Below, one piece after another: positions 46,613 to 52,011 of a stretch of DNA of 52,011 nucleotides. Each line of letters starts with the position of its first letter. Positions within the stretch are counted from its first letter, which is position 1. A program made the translations under genes and the position numbers. The notes beneath the pieces were generated by a model. It did not search any database and had not been told where the DNA came from. It worked only from the letters and a program-made list of their open reading frames with translations. The DNA is from a virus, in UHGV virus genome UHGV-1352696; one strand, written 5' to 3'.

Positions 46613-46855
46613 TCAAATCATTCTACCTATTTTCATAAGCATCTTTCTATGTTTCTTTTTAACTGCAATTTCTGATAATCCAATTTCATCCGCTATACAT
46701 TGTAAGGTTTTCTTCTCCTTATAATGCATCCATAAAATCTTCTTTTCTTCATCACTTAACATTGTTTGTTCCATCAAATCACCAAACTCTTTTACAGAGC
46801 TTATATCCTTTAGCTTCGTCCTAGTTTCTGCGTTCTTTTTATCCATGCTTACCAC
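46613..46855 (-). CDS. Sigma-70 region-4-only protein (putative late transcription regulator; ArpU/Xpf-like)
   Basis: LSDEEKKILWMHYKEKKTLQCIADEIGLSEIAVKKKHRKMLMKI matches the sigma region 4 HTH pattern. Likely start MDKKNAE at 46855; the track ORF extends to 46900. Confidence 0.55.
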   Translation of the reverse strand: MVSMDKKNAETRTKLKDISSVKEFGDLMEQTMLSDEEKKILWMHYKEKKTLQCIADEIGLSEIAVKKKHRKMLMKIGRMI

Positions 46856-46985
46856 TTCCCATAAACTTTCCGCATACTGGACATTTCTTAGAATTACCAC
46901 CTTGCTTATTTCTACTCTTCGGAACTTTAACTTTTGACCTTGTTATTGTTCTTGTTTTTGTTACATGTATGCTTGCTTTCGCCAT
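46839..46985 (-). CDS. Small basic zinc-ribbon ORF (48 aa, MAKASIHVTKTRTITRSKVKVPKSRNKQGGNSKKCPVCGKFMGSGKHG), not in the supplied track
   Basis: RBS GGTGAGAATTAAGG. Stop overlaps the start of the sigma-like gene (ATGGATAA coupling). Confidence 0.3.
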   Translation of the reverse strand: MAKASIHVTKTRTITRSKVKVPKSRNKQGGNSKKCPVCGKFMGSGKHG

Positions 46986-46987
46986 CC

Positions 46988-47284
46988 TTAATTCTCACCA
47001 CCTTGGTTATGAACCGCATTATCATTATATTTATTTCCACTTACGTCATTGTATTCTGCATTTGCACTGTCTCCACTTGTTTCAATGTCAACATCTTTTG
47101 TATTTTCTTCCTGTGCTGTGTCATAATATTCAAATTGTGATTCATACCAAACAAAACAACCAAAACTAAATGCTGATTGCAAGAACATTAAAACAATTAA
47201 AATGATAATTATAATATCTTTTAACTTGTTTGAACGTTTGTACTCTTTCTGTACGTCTAACAGAACTTCACCAAATTCTTCCAT
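46988..47284 (-). CDS. Small membrane protein with an acidic C-terminus
   Basis: One transmembrane segment (IIIIILIVLMFLQSAFSFGCFVW). Confidence 0.4.
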   Translation of the reverse strand: MEEFGEVLLDVQKEYKRSNKLKDIIIIILIVLMFLQSAFSFGCFVWYESQFEYYDTAQEENTKDVDIETSGDSANAEYNDVSGNKYNDNAVHNQGGEN

Positions 47285-47299
47285 ACTTGTTTCACTTCC

Positions 47300-48295
47300 T
47301 TAAATTGTTGCATCTTTGTATTTTCCATTTACTTTTACTTTTACAATTCCTGTACTGTATTTTCCATCTTTTCTATACATCATACCAGTTTTGTACTTGC
47401 TACTTTGTTTTGTGTAACAATTAGCTTGTAACTTAAATATTGCATATAATGTTATATTTGCTGTTATTATGCTCGTTTCTTCAATATATGAACCACTTCC
47501 ATTTTGATTTGTATTCCAGCCTAAAAATTCATAGTTCAGCCTTTTTGCTGTTGGTAGTTCTCCTAACCTGTCTCCATAATATACGGTTCGTACAATCGAA
47601 TCAGAACCATTAACAGTTCCACCATTTGAACCTGCATCAAATTTGACAGCACAACTTATTCTCTCCCATACTGCATATAAATCTACATTTCTTTCATACG
47701 TCCATGTCCATGGCTTTCCAATCCACGAAGTCCAGTCCACTCCATTACTTTCCCTCCAACCTTTAAACACATAGCCATTTCTTGTAAAAAAGTTTTTTTG
47801 TGTAACATAACTCGAACCATAGTAAACTTGTTCTGACCATCTATCCTTTTGATTCCACAGACCACCATTTCCATAATAAGTAATTGTATATTTGTCTATT
47901 GCCGGAATTGTAAAGTTTACACTTATTGTGTACGAATCTCCGCCACCATATTCAATTCCAGTAAACCTAGCAGAACATGTATCAATAGAACTAGATGTTC
48001 CTCTGTCGTATGTTTTGCTGTATGTTCCAATTAAGACTTGGTTTGCTGTATCCCAACTATGTCCAGAACTTGTGTTGATATTTCTACTTCCAATACTTGA
48101 ACTTGCTGAACTGCCCCAATCAAAATAAAATGTATTAGAACTATCTTGACAAGAATATTGTGACCAATACCATATTTGCACTGTTACTTCCGTTTTGGTT
48201 TTGCTGTTAGAAGAATCAACATATAAACCAATACAACCTTGATATTTTGTTCCTGTTGAAACGGAACTCCATTGTATGCCGCTTGGTGCTGACAT
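47300..48295 (-). CDS. Receptor-binding / tail fibre protein with two Listeria-Bacteroides (Flg_new) repeats
   Basis: YTITYYGNGGLWNQ...NGYVFKGWRE and CAVKFDAGSNGGTVNG...NYEFLGWNT match the Flg_new pattern. Confidence 0.65.
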   Translation of the reverse strand: MSAPSGIQWSSVSTGTKYQGCIGLYVDSSNSKTKTEVTVQIWYWSQYSCQDSSNTFYFDWGSSASSSIGSRNINTSSGHSWDTANQVLIGTYSKTYDRGTSSSIDTCSARFTGIEYGGGDSYTISVNFTIPAIDKYTITYYGNGGLWNQKDRWSEQVYYGSSYVTQKNFFTRNGYVFKGWRESNGVDWTSWIGKPWTWTYERNVDLYAVWERISCAVKFDAGSNGGTVNGSDSIVRTVYYGDRLGELPTAKRLNYEFLGWNTNQNGSGSYIEETSIITANITLYAIFKLQANCYTKQSSKYKTGMMYRKDGKYSTGIVKVKVNGKYKDATI

Positions 48296-48307
48296 ATATC
48301 ACACCTC

Positions 48308-49018
48308 CTAACCAGTAATACGGATATAGATATCTCCGTTTTTTCCTGTTGAATCACTAGGTTCTGATGTTCCTTGCCTGATTGTTGGCATTGCATCTAT
48401 CTTTTTGTTAATCTCATTAATTTGATTTTGTAAACTTGTTGCCACATCTCCGCTAAGCTGTCCTTTAATTCCATTAAACCATTCATTGAACATTGATGTA
48501 AATTGTGAAAATAAATCAGATGTACTTATCTGCTGAACAACCCCTGTTACGAACCCACACACTTCATTATATGGTCGCATATCCGTTACGTCTGATGCAC
48601 TTAAGTTTGTAGCACCAACAGGCTTTCTTATTGTTGCTAATTGCAGTTCCTTAACTGTTGATGTTCTTGAAACACTTGCATTGTTCTGTTTTAGCTCAAG
48701 CGACATTTTTCTATTCACTTTATCAAGTCTTACGACAACTGAATCTTGTTGAACATATGATGCACTATTAACCGGTATTGTTAATGTTTTATTTTCTGTT
48801 AGTTCATAATAATATCCATCTATATAAGCACTTCCGGCTTTTACTGTTACTTTCAATCCGCTCTGAATTGACACTTTCAACCCATCTGTAGGTTCTACAA
48901 ATACGCCATTACCGATAAACTTTGAAAAATAATTTGCAAAATCTTCCGCATTATATGTTCTGTCATAAACACCGGTACTTGTTTCTACCGCATTAAAAAA
49001 ACCATACCTTTCTGACAT
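48308..49018 (-). CDS. Tail fibre / baseplate protein
   Basis: 236 aa. N-terminal MSERYGFFNAVETSTGVYDRTYNAEDFANYF pattern typical of Gram-positive phage tail/baseplate proteins. Located between Tal and the receptor-binding protein. Confidence 0.5.
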   Translation of the reverse strand: MSERYGFFNAVETSTGVYDRTYNAEDFANYFSKFIGNGVFVEPTDGLKVSIQSGLKVTVKAGSAYIDGYYYELTENKTLTIPVNSASYVQQDSVVVRLDKVNRKMSLELKQNNASVSRTSTVKELQLATIRKPVGATNLSASDVTDMRPYNEVCGFVTGVVQQISTSDLFSQFTSMFNEWFNGIKGQLSGDVATSLQNQINEINKKIDAMPTIRQGTSEPSDSTGKNGDIYIRITG

Positions 49019-49042
49019 ATCAAATCACTCCTTTCAATTATT

Positions 49043-50551
49043 TTATATCTTTCTTCCACTCCATGTTCCACCATTTCTAAAACCAATGTAAAAATTATTT
49101 GAAACGTCAACCATCATTATCACGCCATCTTTTCCTCCATTTGTTACAAACACTCCTTTTGAATATGTTGGTATTGTCAAACCGCTTGGAAATGGAACAT
49201 TACTCTTCGCATGAACAAAAAACGATTTATTGTCTTGTGGAAGATTATCTATATTTTTTGCAAGAGCATCTGCTTTCAAATTTTTAAGTGACAAAACATC
49301 ATTCTTAACACCATCAAGTCCAGTTTCTAACTTCTTTGTATTTGCTTCAATGTATTTAACATTAACATTGTTTTCTTCAACTTTTTTTATTGCGGTTTCT
49401 GACCTTTCTATAACATCTTTGATTCTTGAACCATATGTAAATTCTATATCAATTATATTTCTGTCGTCCTGTCTCGTTATAATCACATTTGTAATTTGTG
49501 CATCTATCTCCATTCCAAGTTCTTCATCTGCTACTGTTACAAAATCACCAACGTTATAATCTTTTTTGTATGTATATTGTTTTGTTATATCTGTTACTGT
49601 TGCTGTGTACTCTTCACTCAAATCATTGTCTTTAGCTTTTTCATCCGCCCTTTGTTTCATGAGTTCTTCATACTCTGCATCCGTTAATGTTACATTATCC
49701 TGTTCACTTTGAACATCCCTTGCATCAACCCACAACTCTCTTCTGTTCCAACCTTTACGCTCTCCAAAAGTAACATCTGAATTAACATCTATGTTGTACC
49801 ACTTTCTGTCTGTTCCCTCTCCCTCTCCTGCAATATATACTGTATTTCTTAGCTTACTTCTATCAACTATGTAGTCTGTGTTTGCTATATTGCTTAATGA
49901 TTGAGAGAACATAACAGAACTAACTGCATTGTTTGCCCTATGTCTTGTTCTATCTTCACCAGCTCCAATTATCAATGTCCATCCGTCAATGTTCTGATGG
50001 TGTTCTGTATTAACAACTACAACATTTGGTCTTAATATGATTCTTAATTTGTCTGCTTCTGCAACCTCACTAATTTCATCCCACAATGAACCGCCTGTCA
50101 CTTGCTTGTCTATAATACTGCATACTTGTTTTAATCTTTCTTCATCCTCGAATTCAACTGAAAGTGCAATATTTCTATTGCTATCGTCTGACATTATAAG
50201 ATTTTGTTTTACCAACTCTTCAATATATTTATAACTTTTTCCTTTAAATGTCACTTGTCCTTTAATAACTCTATATTCTAACAGTTTTAATGCAAGACTA
50301 CCTTTTATTACAAACACCTTGCTTGTTTCACTATCACTTTCACGCTTTACTGACTCAATAACTCCAAAAACATCATTATCAAACAGAACATAAAAGTTTT
50401 TTGTTTTGTCCATCAAATATAAGTTTTCTTTGTCAAGCATTGCATTTATTTGAAATGTTCCTATTTCTCTTGCCTTATACTGATACTGCGAATATTCATA
50501 CTTACGGAGAACATCAACTATACGCATTGTATCGTCTAATATTGTTATCAT
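49043..50551 (-). CDS. Tail-associated lysin / tail endopeptidase (Tal)
   Basis: 502 aa, immediately after Dit. Conserved siphovirus Dit-Tal order. Confidence 0.65.
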   Translation of the reverse strand: MITILDDTMRIVDVLRKYEYSQYQYKAREIGTFQINAMLDKENLYLMDKTKNFYVLFDNDVFGVIESVKRESDSETSKVFVIKGSLALKLLEYRVIKGQVTFKGKSYKYIEELVKQNLIMSDDSNRNIALSVEFEDEERLKQVCSIIDKQVTGGSLWDEISEVAEADKLRIILRPNVVVVNTEHHQNIDGWTLIIGAGEDRTRHRANNAVSSVMFSQSLSNIANTDYIVDRSKLRNTVYIAGEGEGTDRKWYNIDVNSDVTFGERKGWNRRELWVDARDVQSEQDNVTLTDAEYEELMKQRADEKAKDNDLSEEYTATVTDITKQYTYKKDYNVGDFVTVADEELGMEIDAQITNVIITRQDDRNIIDIEFTYGSRIKDVIERSETAIKKVEENNVNVKYIEANTKKLETGLDGVKNDVLSLKNLKADALAKNIDNLPQDNKSFFVHAKSNVPFPSGLTIPTYSKGVFVTNGGKDGVIMMVDVSNNFYIGFRNGGTWSGRKI

Positions 50552-50554
50552 GTT

Positions 50555-51499
50555 CTACATCCCCCTTATGTTGAAATATTGTTCCCTGTACTCAAAACTA
50601 ACATCCATAACACCATCACTTGGCTGTGTTTCGTAAGAATAATAATTCTTACCAATGAGTATTTTAAACAGCTTATAACCAACTTCCATATTCCCAACAA
50701 TAGAAGCTTCGTCACCGCTTTGTGTATGTAATTTAACACTTTCTTCTCCTATGTTAGTATTTATAACAATTTCATCACCAGCCGACATACTCAGAGAAGA
50801 AAATATAATTTTTGCATCTTCTGCTATACTATTTACTTGCTGTGTTATTAGGAAATCACTAATTGCTTTCATTCGTATAATACAACCAACTGGAACATCA
50901 CCATTGTTTTCAATCAATACAATTTTCTTACTATGTTCTATCCCCATTGTTATTCCTTTTGTTTTAGGAATCGTTAGTGGAAATTTAAACTTGTTCTCAA
51001 GAACAGAAAAATTAATTGTTTTTGTTTCCTTATAAAACATTGGATTGAAGCATTCAAACTCCAAAATAAACTTACATAGAACCTCATTGTTTTCTTTATA
51101 AGTATTAGAATATTTTGGTGGTGCTGTTGGTCTTGCATCTAAGTAAAATCCATTTGCTTCAATCACAATTTCTTGATATATAGAAATCATTCTATCTAGT
51201 TCTTCCTTTTTGTCTTGTACTGCTGTTTCACAGTTCTCCCAGTATTGTTCCCATGTGCTTGTTTGTTCTACATCCTTAGCAACAACATATCCTGTTATAG
51301 TTGGCTTTCTTGTTCCAACTGTTAAACCAGCATAAGACTGCCCTATTTGATAAGGCACTCTATATGCTGACATTTCTACGCTAGGTGTATCCCAGTCAAT
51401 TTCATCAATGATATAATAACCATCTTTTGAATCAATAACAATACTGTCTTTTGTTACGCTATTTGTTAGTGTAACTTTTTTGACCATTGTTTTCACCAC
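50555..51499 (-). CDS. Distal tail protein (Dit)
   Basis: 314 aa, immediately after the tape measure protein. Confidence 0.65.
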   Translation of the reverse strand: MVKTMVKKVTLTNSVTKDSIVIDSKDGYYIIDEIDWDTPSVEMSAYRVPYQIGQSYAGLTVGTRKPTITGYVVAKDVEQTSTWEQYWENCETAVQDKKEELDRMISIYQEIVIEANGFYLDARPTAPPKYSNTYKENNEVLCKFILEFECFNPMFYKETKTINFSVLENKFKFPLTIPKTKGITMGIEHSKKIVLIENNGDVPVGCIIRMKAISDFLITQQVNSIAEDAKIIFSSLSMSAGDEIVINTNIGEESVKLHTQSGDEASIVGNMEVGYKLFKILIGKNYYSYETQPSDGVMDVSFEYREQYFNIRGM

Positions 51500-51503
51500 C
51501 TTT

Positions 51504-52011
51504 TTAAAATCCTAACAGTAACTCCCTTTTTGCTTTTTTCATTTGTCTTGCATACTCATATGCGTTTGGTTTTGTATTGTAGAAATTAAATGTGTCTCCA
51601 CTACTATTTTTACCTCTACTGTTATTATACTCTTCATTCTCCTGTTTTGTCAACACCCTTTCACCTTTATGCAACTCTGCTATATATCCATTAAACGGTA
51701 CATAATCCAAACCGTTTGCATGCTTACCATTTACACTCTTAGCGGCTGACTTTGCCTCATTCGCACCACTTACAACATTCTTAAATCCGCTAATTATTCC
51801 ACTTACAAAACTTCCTATCTTACTTGCAAAATCACTTACCCAACCGAGTATGCTTTCTCCTATACTCTTTAATCCATTCCACAACTGCGACAAAATATTT
51901 CTACCAGCACTGTACATCTGACCTCCTATTGCTAATATCTTACTAGGTATTTGCGATACTATACTCCATACTTTACTCGGTAGTTGTTGCAAGAATGAAA
52001 TAAATCTTGAA
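51504..52011 (-). CDS. Tape measure protein, C-terminal 168 codons. The 5' part lies at 1..2528 across the circular junction.
   Basis: Frame open to the window end. Position 52011 is the third base of a codon whose first two bases are positions 2 and 1 (GTT, Val). LPSKV/LPSKI repeats match those at the window start. Confidence 0.85.
   Translation of the reverse strand, partial: SRFISFLQQLPSKVWSIVSQIPSKILAIGGQMYSAGRNILSQLWNGLKSIGESILGWVSDFASKIGSFVSGIISGFKNVVSGANEAKSAAKSVNGKHANGLDYVPFNGYIAELHKGERVLTKQENEEYNNSRGKNSSGDTFNFYNTKPNAYEYARQMKKAKRELLLGF

Noticed and set aside
1-52011. CRISPR arrays, integrase/attachment sites, toxin-antitoxin pairs, transposases
   Set aside because: No regularly spaced direct repeats. 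No tyrosine- or serine-recombinase motifs. No IS-like inverted repeats. The only repeats are intragenic tape-measure modules and promoter-associated AT-rich motifs.

Overview
This window is best read as one complete, circularly permuted genome (about 52 kb) of a tailed siphovirus-like dsDNA phage from an AT-rich Firmicutes host. It is not an accessory island. Every credible gene is on the minus strand; all plus-strand ORFs in the track look like antisense artefacts. The window is cut inside the tape-measure gene, and the minus-strand reading frame runs 2528->1 and then 52011->51504 with intact phase.

Order on the minus strand:
- TerL (16771-15413), preceded by two tRNAs.
- Two small proteins, then an unusually placed receptor-binding protein with a GC-rich FGE/C-type-lectin-like C-terminal half.
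- Lysis cassette: membrane coiled-coil protein, holin, NlpC/P60 lysin.
- A terminator and promoter, then portal, Mu-F/SPP1-gp7 head protein, two Zn-ribbon proteins, scaffold, lambda-D-like decoration protein and lambda-E-like major capsid protein.
- Connector proteins, major tail protein, chaperone with a probable +1 frameshift extension, and tape measure, which wraps across the junction.
- Dit, Tal, tail proteins, and a receptor-binding protein with two Listeria-Bacteroides (Flg_new) repeats.
- A sigma-70 region-4-only regulator, then a cluster of odd Cys/Gly/Asn-rich proteins.
- A promoter-dense early region (about 44 kb down to 17 kb): DnaG-type primase, SSB-like acidic protein, three DNA methyltransferase-like genes, RuvC-like and Hjc-like resolvases, Cas4-like nuclease, RecA-family recombinase, DUF3310, RNase H and a MoxR-like AAA+ ATPase.
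- A dnaE (Pol III alpha) gene split by a group I intron that carries an HNH endonuclease.

No integrase, repressor, replicative helicase, CRISPR array or diversity-generating retroelement was seen. At least 14 near-consensus sigma-70 promoters (TTGACA-17-TATAAT), all on the minus strand, punctuate the early region.
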